DNA of 64,000 nt. Source: an uncultured Chloroflexia bacterium (GTDB taxonomy: Bacteria; Chloroflexota; Limnocylindria; Limnocylindrales; CSP1-4). Under the pieces are notes generated by a model. That model was not told the DNA's origin. It ran no database searches and worked only from the letters and a program-made list of their open reading frames with translations. Positions 9,212 to 20,916 of this stretch are shown here, one piece after another. The stretch covers positions 7,482-71,481 of the forward strand of contig CAVVJT010000005.1 in assembly GCA_963748625.1 (NCBI GenBank), given 5' to 3'. The position numbers were made by a program, and so were the translations under genes. How positions within the stretch are numbered: position 1 is the first letter of the stretch; each line of letters starts with the position of its first letter.

Positions 9212-10003
9212 TCAGACCGTCTCGGGCTCCAGGTCGGGGACGGTCATCGTCGCCCGCAGCACGCGCAGCGCGATGCCCCCGATCAGCAGGGCCACCACGA
9301 TCGCCACGGCGAACGCGATCGCCACACCGGCCGGCACCAGCAGGTAGTGCACCGCCACGTAGAAGCTCACCGTCCCGTACAGCCCGGTCATCAGGCCGCG
9401 GAGCGTGGTCAGGGCGGCGTCACGTCCCGTCCGCAGGTGCTCGAACACGGCCAGGATCGACACGTACACCGGGAAGGTGGCCACAAGCCCGCTCGTGACC
9501 GGACCCAGCAGCGGGGCGATGGTCGTCAGCACCACGACCAGCGCCGTCCCGATGATGATCCTCGCGGGGAGATCCCAGCGAGGATGCGCCGCCGGACCGC
9601 TGCCAACCGCCGCCGGGAGAATCCGCAGCGTGCCGGTGATCGCCAGGAGCACCAGCACCACCAGCGCAGCGAACGGCCAGGCGAGGACAGGCTGGACCGC
9701 GATCGCCACCCCCGCGTAGCAGGCGGAGGCCAGCGCGAACGCAGCCATGGGCCCCCGGCGGCTGAGCGCGAGGTAGCCGAGACTGAAGCCGCAGATCCCG
9801 GCCATCCCCAGCAGCGTGCCCGTCGCCGCATCCGCTGCGAACGCCGGGCCGCTGCCCAGGGCGAGGAAGAAGAGGATCGGCCCGGACGTCAAGGGCAGCG
9901 AGACGATCCAGCCACCCACTGCCGGCCCCCACCGGCGTGAGGCGATGCTCGCGCCGCCAACGATCAGCGGCGTCAGGACCAGCTTGAGCAGGAGCAGCGG
10001 CAC
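9212..10003 (-). CDS. Polytopic integral membrane protein, unknown function
   Basis: 263 aa, almost entirely hydrophobic helices (about 8 TM). I recognise no family motif. Confidence 0.7.
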   Translation of the reverse strand: MPLLLLKLVLTPLIVGGASIASRRWGPAVGGWIVSLPLTSGPILFFLALGSGPAFAADAATGTLLGMAGICGFSLGYLALSRRGPMAAFALASACYAGVAIAVQPVLAWPFAALVVLVLLAITGTLRILPAAVGSGPAAHPRWDLPARIIIGTALVVVLTTIAPLLGPVTSGLVATFPVYVSILAVFEHLRTGRDAALTTLRGLMTGLYGTVSFYVAVHYLLVPAGVAIAFAVAIVVALLIGGIALRVLRATMTVPDLEPETV

Positions 10004-10120
10004 CTGTCCATGCTACCCGCGCCCAGCGGCCCCGACGCCTTGCGCACTGGCAACGCCCAGACGCCGCGACCGGCGCACCTGCCCCAAGCGCGCCGCTCCC
10101 GGCGACGCAGCCCGGACCCG

Positions 10121-11677
10121 TCAGTCCAGCGACACCGTCTGGTGCCAGGCCGGCACCTCCACGGTCAGCCCGAGCTCCTCCACCTTCGGCGCGAGCGCCT
10201 GCTGCGCCGGCGGGTCGCCGTGGACCAGGTAGACCCGTGACGGCACGCCCGGATCGCCGGCCTTGCGGCCGCGGATGAAGCCGCCCAGCCAGGCGAGCAG
10301 CTCCGGCTCATCGGCGTGCGCAGAGAACCCGTCGAGTGACTCGATCGTCGCGCGCACCTTGAGCTCGCGACCGTTGATCCGCGCTGACTCAGCGCCCCGC
10401 ATGAGGTGCCCACCGAGGGTGCCCTCGCCCTGGTAGCCCACGAAGAGCACGGTCGCGGACGGGTCGTCGAGGAGCCGGGCGGCATGCCCCACGGACCGCC
10501 CGCCGGTGAGCATCCCGTTCGAGGCCACGATCACGTACGGCGGATGCGACCGCTCGATCCGCTCGGACTCCTGCACGTTCTGCACGACCCGCTGGCCAGG
10601 ATAGTCGAGCGGCGCATGGTGGGCGTCGAGCAGGGCGCGCGTCTGCTCGTCATAGGCCTCTGGATGCGACCGGTAGATGTCCGACGCGGACTTCGCCATC
10701 GGTGAGTCCAGGTACAGCGGGATCTGCGGGATGCGCCCCGCCTCCACGAGTCGGCCAAGCTCCCAGACGATCTCCTGCGTGCGCCCGATCGCGAACGACG
10801 GGATGAGCAGCACGCCCTGTTTGCGGACAACGTCGTTGACGACGGCGGCCAGCTTGTCGACGGCGACATCGGCTGCCTCGTGCTCCCGGCCACCGTAGGT
10901 CGATTCACACAGGACGATGTCCGCCGCCTCGATCGAGGTGGGATCGCGCAGGATCGGCGTCCCGGGCCGGCCGAGGTCGCCCGAGAACAGGACCACCGTG
11001 TCCCGGCCGCCGCCGGGCCGCGTGAGGCGCATCCGGACGATCGAGGATCCCAGGATGTGGCCCGCATCGAGCAGGGTCACGTGGACGCCCTGGGCCACCT
11101 CGTGCTCCGCGCCGTAGGGAATGTGGCGCAGCAGCGGTAGCGTCGCGCCCGCGTCGTCCTCCGTGTAGAGGGGACTGCTCAGGTCCAGGTCCACCACTGG
11201 ACCCGCGGCCCGCAGCAGGTCCTCGGGATCGGGTCCACCCGGACTCTCCGCTCCTTCGACCGCGAGCTCGAGCACGTCCTCGAACCGCTCCTCGTCGCGC
11301 TCCTCGCGCTCCGCCGCACGCTCGGGATCCCGCCGGTCCCGGCGGGCCTTTCGCTTGGCGAACTCCTCCTGGAGCCGCGCCGAATCAAGCAGCACGAGGC
11401 GGGCGAGCTCCGCGGTGGCGGCGGTGCACCACACGCGCCCGCGAAAACCCTCGTGCACCAGCAGGGGCAGCAGCCCGCAATGGTCGAGGTGGGCATGGGT
11501 GAGGACGACGGCATCGAGGGAGGCCGGATCAAACCCGAGGGGCACGCGGTTGCGCAGGGTCTCATCGGGACCACCCTGGAACATGCCGCAGTCCACGAGA
11601 ACCCGGGCGCGGCCGGTGTCCACCAGGTGCCGCGAACCGGTGACGGTTCGGGCGCCGCCGAGGAAGGTCAGCTCCAT
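10121..11677 (-). CDS. MBL-fold beta-CASP metallo-hydrolase (RNA-processing type)
   Basis: 518 aa from ATG 11677 (MELTFLGGARTVTGSRHLV). The HAHLDHCG metallo-beta-lactamase motif is present, followed by beta-CASP and a C-terminal RNA-specificity-like region. Confidence 0.85.
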   Translation of the reverse strand: MELTFLGGARTVTGSRHLVDTGRARVLVDCGMFQGGPDETLRNRVPLGFDPASLDAVVLTHAHLDHCGLLPLLVHEGFRGRVWCTAATAELARLVLLDSARLQEEFAKRKARRDRRDPERAAEREERDEERFEDVLELAVEGAESPGGPDPEDLLRAAGPVVDLDLSSPLYTEDDAGATLPLLRHIPYGAEHEVAQGVHVTLLDAGHILGSSIVRMRLTRPGGGRDTVVLFSGDLGRPGTPILRDPTSIEAADIVLCESTYGGREHEAADVAVDKLAAVVNDVVRKQGVLLIPSFAIGRTQEIVWELGRLVEAGRIPQIPLYLDSPMAKSASDIYRSHPEAYDEQTRALLDAHHAPLDYPGQRVVQNVQESERIERSHPPYVIVASNGMLTGGRSVGHAARLLDDPSATVLFVGYQGEGTLGGHLMRGAESARINGRELKVRATIESLDGFSAHADEPELLAWLGGFIRGRKAGDPGVPSRVYLVHGDPPAQQALAPKVEELGLTVEVPAWHQTVSLD

Positions 11678-11718
11678 GCCCGGATCGTGCCACACAGGGT
11701 GTACCCGGCGCTCCGCGC

Positions 11719-13356
11719 TTGTGCGACGATCATGCGGTGACACCGGCTGAGCGCCTCGCATCCCTCGAGGCTGTGTACCACCTGGCCAGGGACGCCCGCG
11801 ACCGCCTCGACGTCGCCCGCGCCATCGGCCTGCCCGAGGATTCCTCCACGCTGGAGGCCGTCGCCCTGCGCACGTCCGCTGCCGTCCACGCCGCGCTCGA
11901 GGCCTTCATGCCCAGCGATGCCGCAGGTCTGGACGAGGAGGAGCAGCGGGTCCTGCGCACGATCCGCGAGGGGATCGAGGCCGCGGACACCTACGGCCTC
12001 CCGGTCGCGCCCGCGCTGGGCCCGGACCTCTGCACCGACCCGGACGCGATGCACGTGGCGCTCGAGGCCGGGGGCGACGTCCTCCAGGCCCACCTGGTGG
12101 CCTGCTTCGCGACGCTGGGCGAGGACCTGCGCATCGGGGACGAGCGCGTCACGCGCCTCCAGCTCATCGGCAGGCTGGGTCGGGAGCCCGATGTCGAGGC
12201 CCGGCGGACCCTGTTCCTGGCGCTGCGCCCGCTGTGGGATGTGGTCGACGGTGGCGGCAGGGGTGCATCGCCGTACCAGGTGCTGGTCGCACGCTCGTCC
12301 GAGCGATGGCGGCATGGCCACTCACCGATCGCACTCAACGCGACGGCCCTGGGGGTCCGGGCTGCCGATATCGAGTCCTGGGCCCTGACGGCCCTGACCG
12401 CCTGGCGGGCGGCCGTCGTGGAGCCCGCACGCACCCGCGGCGAGGCACTCATCGAGCCCTGGGACTGGTGGTGGGTCGCGGGCGAGTTGCAGCGGGCCGT
12501 GGATCCGATCCCCGTCTCCACGGCGCTGGAGGTCAACGCCGCCTACGCGGCCGCTCTCGGGGCCAACCTCGGGGCGCTCGGGGTGACGTTCGACACGCAG
12601 CCTCGGCCGGGCCGTCCCGCGGTGGCGATGGCGTTCACGACCTTCGGCGGGCGGCCGTACCTGCGTGACGACGGTGCGTGGGCACCGGGTCGCCCCACCG
12701 TCGTGATGACGAACTTCCGGGGCGGCTATGCGGAGCTCGGGGAGCTGGTGCACGAGACGGGGCATGCCCTCCACATCGCGGGCATCCGGACGCGTCCCGC
12801 GTATGCTGACTGGCCTGACAGCGATGCCCTCACCGAGGCGCTCGCCGATGTGCTCGCGCTTGATCTGACCGAGCCCGCCTGGCTGCGCCGCTGGCTTCCC
12901 GGGGCGCAGGTCGTCCCGGAGGCGACCGCGATCCGCAGCCGCTACGCGGACGTGGTGCTCGATGCCGCGTGGGCGATGTTCGAGCTCCGGATGCACGCGG
13001 CTCCCCACCGTCGGCCCAACGACGTCTGGACCGAGATCACCGGCACCTGGCTGGGCATCGCGCCGCACCCGGAGTGGTCATGGTGGGCGATCCGCGGGCA
13101 GCTGGTGGAGTCACCGGGGTACATGGCCAACTACGCGGTTGGCGCGGTGCTCGCAACCGCCATCCGGGCGGCGATGCGGGCCGAGCTTGGTGACTGGGTG
13201 CACGGCGACCGCCGCTGGTACCCGTGGCTGCGCGACCGCGTGTTCCGCTACGGCCTGGAGCGGTCGTCGCGCGACGTGCTCCACGATCTGCTGGGCCGCG
13301 CCCCGACGGCCGACACGCTGCTGGCCGAGCTGGCGCGCGCAGGGACGGACGCCTGA
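11719..13356 (+). CDS. Gluzincin zinc metallopeptidase (M3/M32-like)
   Basis: 545 aa. HExxH lies in the context ELVHETGHALHIAG, with a downstream GYMANYAVGAVLA helix typical of clan MA oligopeptidases and carboxypeptidases. Confidence 0.7.
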   Translation: MCDDHAVTPAERLASLEAVYHLARDARDRLDVARAIGLPEDSSTLEAVALRTSAAVHAALEAFMPSDAAGLDEEEQRVLRTIREGIEAADTYGLPVAPALGPDLCTDPDAMHVALEAGGDVLQAHLVACFATLGEDLRIGDERVTRLQLIGRLGREPDVEARRTLFLALRPLWDVVDGGGRGASPYQVLVARSSERWRHGHSPIALNATALGVRAADIESWALTALTAWRAAVVEPARTRGEALIEPWDWWWVAGELQRAVDPIPVSTALEVNAAYAAALGANLGALGVTFDTQPRPGRPAVAMAFTTFGGRPYLRDDGAWAPGRPTVVMTNFRGGYAELGELVHETGHALHIAGIRTRPAYADWPDSDALTEALADVLALDLTEPAWLRRWLPGAQVVPEATAIRSRYADVVLDAAWAMFELRMHAAPHRRPNDVWTEITGTWLGIAPHPEWSWWAIRGQLVESPGYMANYAVGAVLATAIRAAMRAELGDWVHGDRRWYPWLRDRVFRYGLERSSRDVLHDLLGRAPTADTLLAELARAGTDA

Positions 13357-13390
13357 CAATCCACGGATCCACGACCGGTACGATGGGACG

Positions 13391-14056
13391 GTGTCCGAGC
13401 CGACGTCCCGCTGGTCCCCCGCCGCGGTCCTGCCACGCCTGCCCAAGCTGCTCGCCGGGCTCCTCACCTTCGGGCTCGGGATCTCGTTGATGGTCCAGGC
13501 GGACATGGGCCTGAGCCCCTGGGAGGTCTTCCACCAGGGCATCTCGCGGCTCACCGGCATCCCGCTGGGCACGGTCAGCATCATCGTGGGCATCCCCATC
13601 TTGCTCGCCTGGTGGCCGCTGGGCGAACGGCCGGGCGTGGGCACCGTGCTCAACATCCTGCTGATCGGCACCGCCACGAACGTGGGCATGGCCGTCATTC
13701 CTGCCCCGGACGCGATGCCGGTGCGACTGGCGATGATGCTTGCAGGGGTGGCGATCATCGCCATCGGGTCCGGGCTGTACCTGGCGTCAGACCTGGGGCC
13801 CGGGCCCCGCGACGGCCTGATGACGGGCCTCCACCAGCGCTATGGCTGGTCGATCCGGCGGGCCAGGACGGGCATCGAGCTGTCGGTGCTGCTCGTGGGC
13901 TGGCTGATGGGCGGCACCGTGGGCCTCGGCACGGTCGTGTTCGCGTTCGGGATCGGGCCGCTGGTCCAGGTCGCGCTCAAGGTCTTCGACCGGGAGGGGC
14001 GAGTGTCGCGGCGGCGGCGCATCGTGCTCGAAGCCGAGGGCGACATCGGCGACTGA
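13391..14056 (+). CDS. YczE/YitT-like membrane protein
   Basis: About 221 aa from in-frame GTG 13391. The sequence includes LLTFGLGISLMVQADMGLSPWEVFHQGI...GPGPRDGLMTGL. The upstream part of the track ORF overlaps the peptidase gene. Confidence 0.75.
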   Translation: MSEPTSRWSPAAVLPRLPKLLAGLLTFGLGISLMVQADMGLSPWEVFHQGISRLTGIPLGTVSIIVGIPILLAWWPLGERPGVGTVLNILLIGTATNVGMAVIPAPDAMPVRLAMMLAGVAIIAIGSGLYLASDLGPGPRDGLMTGLHQRYGWSIRRARTGIELSVLLVGWLMGGTVGLGTVVFAFGIGPLVQVALKVFDREGRVSRRRRIVLEAEGDIGD

Positions 14057-14097
14057 GCCCGCGACCGGGTCGTCGCCGGGTCGTCGGGCGTCGGCCC

Positions 14098-16029
<1,932 letters not shown>

Positions 16030-16176
16030 AGGCAGGGGGTCTCGTCCGGGTGGCGGGCGTGGGGCATGGTGGACCGGGGGCCTCGGGAACGCAGGCCGAC
16101 ATTCTACGCGGACCGGCCGACCGCGCCTTCCGAGCGGCCATCGGCGCATCCGGAGCACCCCGGCTACCCTGTCGTC

Positions 16177-17139
16177 ATGCGCCGCTCGACTGCCGCCCGC
16201 GCCCTCCTCCTCGCCGCGACCGTTGTCGTGGCCGCCGCCTGCACACCGGGTTCAGGGTCCCTGTCGGGCGCCCCCGGCTGGTCGCAGGCCAGCCCCGATC
16301 CGTCGTCAGGCCAGGTTCCCACGAAGTCGGCCAGCGTGATCCCGGTGATCATCAACTCGCAGTCGGTCGTGGGCGACAACCGGTTCCTGTTCTCGTTCCT
16401 CGATGCGGCCAAGAACCTGCCGGCAGCCTCGCCCGAGCGGACCGCCTACGTCGCGTTCATCAAGCCCGGCGAGAGCGAGCCGGGACCGGCCACGCAGGCG
16501 ACCTTCCTGTGGGCGATCGAGGGTTCGCGCGGCGAGTACGTCACGCCCGCCACCTTCGACGTCCCGGGCGCTTGGAAGGCCGTCTTCATCACCCAGGAGC
16601 CCGGCGGCAAGCAGGAGGCCATCGGCGTGGCCTTCGAGGTGGTCGAGGACGGATCGGCCGTGGCCGTGGGCGAGAAGGCACCGGCCACCGACAACCCCAC
16701 CTCCGCCGACGTCAACGGGGATCTCAAGCAGATCTCCACGGACCTCAACCCCGATCCCCGGTTCTACGAGATGTCCGTGGCCGACGCGCTGGCACAGGGC
16801 AAGCCCTTCGTCCTCGTATTCGCCACCCCGGCCTTCTGCCAGAGCTCCCAGTGCGCCCCCACGCTCGCGGGCGTCAAGAAGGCCGCCGCGAACGCCCCTG
16901 CCAACGTCGCCTTCATCAACGTCGAGCCCTACCAGATGACCAACACCGACGGGAACCTCCAGCCGGTGCTCGACGCGTACAACCAGCTCCAGACGGTGGC
17001 GTCGGTGGACGAGTGGGGCATCCTGACCGAGCCGTGGATCTACACCGTGGACCGGACGGGCGTCGTGAGGGCCTCGTTCGAGGGCGCCGTCAGCGATGCC
17101 GACCTCGAGGCCGCGATCAAGGAGATCGCCGGCTCCTGA
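16177..17139 (+). CDS. Thioredoxin-fold lipoprotein (TlpA/Sco-like)
   Basis: 320 aa from ATG 16177 (MRRSTAARALLLAATVVVAAAC). The C-terminal redoxin-like motif is PFVLVFATPAFCQSSQCAP. The gene is divergent from ctaA-ctaB. Confidence 0.7.
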   Translation: MRRSTAARALLLAATVVVAAACTPGSGSLSGAPGWSQASPDPSSGQVPTKSASVIPVIINSQSVVGDNRFLFSFLDAAKNLPAASPERTAYVAFIKPGESEPGPATQATFLWAIEGSRGEYVTPATFDVPGAWKAVFITQEPGGKQEAIGVAFEVVEDGSAVAVGEKAPATDNPTSADVNGDLKQISTDLNPDPRFYEMSVADALAQGKPFVLVFATPAFCQSSQCAPTLAGVKKAAANAPANVAFINVEPYQMTNTDGNLQPVLDAYNQLQTVASVDEWGILTEPWIYTVDRTGVVRASFEGAVSDADLEAAIKEIAGS

Positions 17140-17146
17140 GCCTGCG

Positions 17147-17500
17147 TCAGGGTGCCGACGCGTCCTCGACCCGGTAGACGAGCAGGGTCTCCCCGTCCAG
17201 CCGGAACGACACGCGGACCGCCTCGCTGGTCGCCATGTGCTCGGCCAGGTGGGATGGCGGAAACTCCACGGCGTTCTCCAGCGGCCCGACGGCGAACGCG
17301 ATCTCGGTGCCCGCGTCCGTCCGGAGGACAAAGCCGCGGACCTTCGTGAGGCTCTCCGTGTCGAGCTTGATCACCTTGCCCTCGACCGGCGACGCGAGCA
17401 GCGCCGCTGCCGCGCTGGCCGCCGCCAGGTCGACCTGCCCTTCCGGCTCTGCGCAACCGGCCACGACCCCGGCGAGCACCAGGCACAGGCCGACCACCAT
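17147..17500 (-). CDS. Small lipoprotein, unknown function
   Basis: 117 aa from ATG 17500, with lipobox MVVGLCLVLAGVVAGC. Confidence 0.55.
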   Translation of the reverse strand: MVVGLCLVLAGVVAGCAEPEGQVDLAAASAAAALLASPVEGKVIKLDTESLTKVRGFVLRTDAGTEIAFAVGPLENAVEFPPSHLAEHMATSEAVRVSFRLDGETLLVYRVEDASAP

Positions 17501-17547
17501 GGTGCGGACTCCCTTGGCGCCCGGGAGCCGGCGGGAGGCCGGACCCC

Positions 17548-18222
17548 TCACGCCGGGCTCAACCCCGTGCCCGAGCTCCCTGGCTTGACCACGCCCGATC
17601 CCGCCGCGCACAGGGGGCACTCGGCCGGATCCCACGTGGGCAGCTCCAGCCGCCACAGCGATCGCAGCGGGTACACGCGGCCCGTCGCGGGCGACGTCAG
17701 GGACGCCATCCCGCCGCTGCGGTCCACGATCACAGCACACTCTACGATCTCGCCGCCCATCGCCTCCACGGCGGGGATCATCGCCAGCAGCGAGCCGCCG
17801 GTGGTGAGGATGTCGTCCACGAGCAGGACCCGCTCGCCCTTCGCGATGGTGAAGCCGCGCCGGAACTCGCGGCGGGTGCCGTCGGCGCCGGCGACCTCTT
17901 CCGCGAAGATCGCGCGGGTGCCCAGCTGGCGGCCAGTCTCGAAGGCGAGCATGACGCCGCCCGTGGTGGGCCCGGCGACCACGTCCACGTCCGTCGAACC
18001 GTCACGCTCGCGGTTGGCCGCCGCCCAGATGCCGCACAGCTCGCTCGTGGCGGCCGGGTCCTGGAGCACCTGGAACTTCTCGAGGTAGGCGCTGCTGTGA
18101 CGGCCGCTCTTGAGCGCGAAGTGGCCCTCGCGCAGGGCGCCGCTGGCGCGGAACAGGGCCTCGGTGCGCTGGGCGATCGCTCGCCGCGCGGTCTCGTCCA
18201 GGGTGTGTCGGAGCGTCGTCAT
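17548..18222 (-). CDS. pyrE: Orotate phosphoribosyltransferase
   Basis: 224 aa. Motifs are GHFALKSGRHSSAYLEKFQVLQDP and the PRPP loop RVLLVDDILTTGGS. Confidence 0.9.
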   Translation of the reverse strand: MTTLRHTLDETARRAIAQRTEALFRASGALREGHFALKSGRHSSAYLEKFQVLQDPAATSELCGIWAAANRERDGSTDVDVVAGPTTGGVMLAFETGRQLGTRAIFAEEVAGADGTRREFRRGFTIAKGERVLLVDDILTTGGSLLAMIPAVEAMGGEIVECAVIVDRSGGMASLTSPATGRVYPLRSLWRLELPTWDPAECPLCAAGSGVVKPGSSGTGLSPA

Positions 18223-18579
18223 GGTCCGCGAATTCTAGGCGAGCGCGGCCCGGCACGCCCGTGGTCCGGTGGCCAGCGCCCGCCCACGGCGGATTCCATC
18301 CCGGCAAGGATGAACCTGCCGTCTCGATCCTCGTGAGGATGAAACGCGGGCCGTTCGTGCAGGGCTCAGGCGCGGAAGCCGGGTTCGGCGGTTGACCTCC
18401 GCACGCCATGGCTGGATCCCATCCGTAGGGGGATTGTTTGGCGATTCCATCCCCGCGAGAATGGAATCGAGCCGCAGCTCCCGCGGCAGCAGCGATGATC
18501 GCCGGACAGACGACGGCGCCCCCGGCCAGGCCGGAGGCGCCGTGCGGTACGCGGGAGAGCCGGATCCCGGCCCCGGGGA

Positions 18580-19398
18580 TCAGCCCTCCGCGGCGGTGAA
18601 GGTGAGCACCGTGCCGTTGGCGCCGGTGAGCGTCAGGACGTCCCCGTCGATCGCGTACGGGACCTCGCCCTGCAGGACCGTGCTCATGACGGTCTCCACG
18701 TCGCCACCCGGTCCCTCGCAGAGCATCATCGTCATCATCATCGGGCCGAAGGTGAGCGCGGTGTCGGAGATCTCCACTTCGCCGCCGCCGGTGTTGCAGC
18801 CGAACGCCACGTTGGCCCGGCCGTCCTGGATCTGGATCGACGCGGTCACGCCGGCGGGCACGGACGACGCGGCGTTCGCGTCGCTGATCCCGTTCAGCGT
18901 CCAGAGCGTGTCCTCCAGCGAGACGTCGGGGTTGACCGTCGCCTCGTCGGCCAGCGTGAGGGTCACGTCGCCGTTGACCAGCGTCAGCGTGGTGTCATCG
19001 ACCGCGACCTTGGCGCCGTTGAGCAGTGCCGACAGCCACTGGTCCTGGGCCATGAGCGGCTCCTCGCAGGCCATCTCGGTGGAGAACATCGCACCCACCG
19101 TCATGACCCCGTCCACGACCTGGTAGTCGCCGCCCATCCGGTTGCAGCCGCCGGTGCCCGACAGGGCGGCGTCCTCGAAGGACAGTGTGATCTTGGAAGG
19201 GTCGGCGGGCGAGGCGGGGTCCGCCTTCACGCCGACCCAGGAGGTGCCGGCGAGGCCGCCATCCGTGACGCCTGCGGTGGGCGGCGTGGGCTCGGGACCC
19301 GCCGGGGAGGGCTGGGCCGTGGGCGACGCGGCCCCGCCGCCGCAGGCGGCGAGCGCCAGCGTGGCGACGGCGGTCAGGGCGAGGATCTGGGAGCGCAT
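18580..19398 (-). CDS. META-domain (HslJ-like) lipoprotein, two META repeats
   Basis: 272 aa with lipobox LALAAC. Two repeats follow the pattern GCN..GG.Y......T.....T.MAC. Confidence 0.8.
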   Translation of the reverse strand: MRSQILALTAVATLALAACGGGAASPTAQPSPAGPEPTPPTAGVTDGGLAGTSWVGVKADPASPADPSKITLSFEDAALSGTGGCNRMGGDYQVVDGVMTVGAMFSTEMACEEPLMAQDQWLSALLNGAKVAVDDTTLTLVNGDVTLTLADEATVNPDVSLEDTLWTLNGISDANAASSVPAGVTASIQIQDGRANVAFGCNTGGGEVEISDTALTFGPMMMTMMLCEGPGGDVETVMSTVLQGEVPYAIDGDVLTLTGANGTVLTFTAAEG

Positions 19399-19479
19399 GG
19401 GATCACCTTGGGGGTCGATGGAGGCGGCGTCGCCGCCGTGGAATGCCCACCAGACGCCGTCGCACGACGGCCGGTTCCC

Positions 19480-19749
19480 CTACCCGATCAGGGCGGCGAC
19501 GACGATCGCGATCCAGAGCACGGTGGCCATCGACTGCACCACCCAGAAGGAGCGGTGCTGGGTCTTGTGGCGCATGCCGAAGAACACGATCCAGGCGCCG
19601 ATGCAGCCCCCCAGGAGGTTCATGATCCACAGCGTGCGCTCGCGGATGCGCCGGGCGCCGCGTCGGGCCGCGATCTTGTCGTAGGCGTAGGCGGCGGCCG
19701 TGGCGATGTTGATCACGAGCAGCCAGGCCAGCAGGGCGGACGGCAGCAT
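19480..19749 (-). CDS. DUF1294 membrane protein
   Basis: 89 aa from ATG 19749, with YAYDKIAARRGARRIRERTL...GGCIGAW...RHKTQHRSF. The start overlaps the pyrD stop. Confidence 0.8.
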   Translation of the reverse strand: MLPSALLAWLLVINIATAAAYAYDKIAARRGARRIRERTLWIMNLLGGCIGAWIVFFGMRHKTQHRSFWVVQSMATVLWIAIVVAALIG

Positions 19750-20750
19750 CAGCGGGCGTACTCCGCGCCGCGGGTCGAGGGCGGCGATGGCCTGGCGGGC
19801 AGGGCGGTCCCGACCAGGTCCCGCACCGAGGTGAGGCCGCGGGCGCGGCAGGCATCGGCGAGCTCGTCGGCCAGGCGCACGGGCAGCATCGGGTCGGCGA
19901 GAGCGGCCACCCCGATCCCCACGGCGGAGGCGCCGGCCGCCAGCATGTCGAGCACGTCGTCGAGCGAGGCGATCCCCCCAATGCCGATCACGGGCACGTC
20001 CACCACCTGGGCGACCTCCCACACCACGCGCAGCGCGACCGGCCGCAGGGCCGGTCCGCAGATCCCGCCGTACTCCGAGCCGAGCGCGGGCCCGCGCCGG
20101 TCGGCTGCAAGCGCGAGGCCCGGCAGCGTGTTCACGGCGGACACGGCGTCGGCGCCCGCGTCCACGACCGCTCGCGCGATGGCGCGCACGTCGGTCGCCG
20201 CGGGCGTGAGCTTCGCGATGAGCGGCAGATCGCAGGCGCGCCGCACGGCGCCCACCACGCTCGCGGCGGCCCCCGCATCCAGCCCGAACGCGTTCCCCCG
20301 CCCGCCGTTCGAGCACGAGAGGTTGATCTCCACGCCCGCGAGCCCGGGCACCCCCTCCAGGCGTCGGGCAGCCTCGCCGTAGTCGGCCGCCGAGTCACCG
20401 CAGAGGTTGAGGATCACCGGGATGGGCCAGCCTGCCCACGTGGTCGCGTACCGGTCCAGCACCAGGTCCAGCCCGATGTTCTGGGGTCCGGTCCCCATCA
20501 GGAGCCCGGCGGGAACCTCGGCCGTGCGCGGGGCGCCATGCCCCCCCCGCGGCTTGAGCGACGTACCGCGGGTCACGAGGCCGCCGAGCCGCGGCAGGTC
20601 CACGAGGTCCACCATCTCCACGCCGTAGCCGAACGGCCCCGCGGCGGCCAGCACCGGGTTGCCCAGCACCAGCCCGGACCCCAGGTCCACCGTGAGGTCC
20701 ACCGGTCGTCCGCCGAGGGCGTCGAGGGCCATGCCGGCGACTGGCTCCAT
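19749..20750 (-). CDS. pyrD: Dihydroorotate dehydrogenase, class 1B catalytic subunit
   Basis: Motifs are LVLGNPVLAAAGPFGYG, NLSCSNGG and GIGGI. The start is uncertain: ATG 20750, 20732 or 20855, or GTG 20879. Confidence 0.88.
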   Translation of the reverse strand: MEPVAGMALDALGGRPVDLTVDLGSGLVLGNPVLAAAGPFGYGVEMVDLVDLPRLGGLVTRGTSLKPRGGHGAPRTAEVPAGLLMGTGPQNIGLDLVLDRYATTWAGWPIPVILNLCGDSAADYGEAARRLEGVPGLAGVEINLSCSNGGRGNAFGLDAGAAASVVGAVRRACDLPLIAKLTPAATDVRAIARAVVDAGADAVSAVNTLPGLALAADRRGPALGSEYGGICGPALRPVALRVVWEVAQVVDVPVIGIGGIASLDDVLDMLAAGASAVGIGVAALADPMLPVRLADELADACRARGLTSVRDLVGTALPARPSPPSTRGAEYAR

Positions 20751-20916
20751 CGCGTTGACTGGCTCGATGGCCGGACGCCGGGCTCCGGGCGCCGGTGAGC
20801 TGATCGCGGGCTTGATCTTGCGCACGGTGGGGGTGCGGCCCGAGCGCCCCATCATCGCCTGCCGCTTCGCCTTCACGACGTCGCCGCCTTCATCGGACGC
20901 GCGTCCGTCATCGCGC

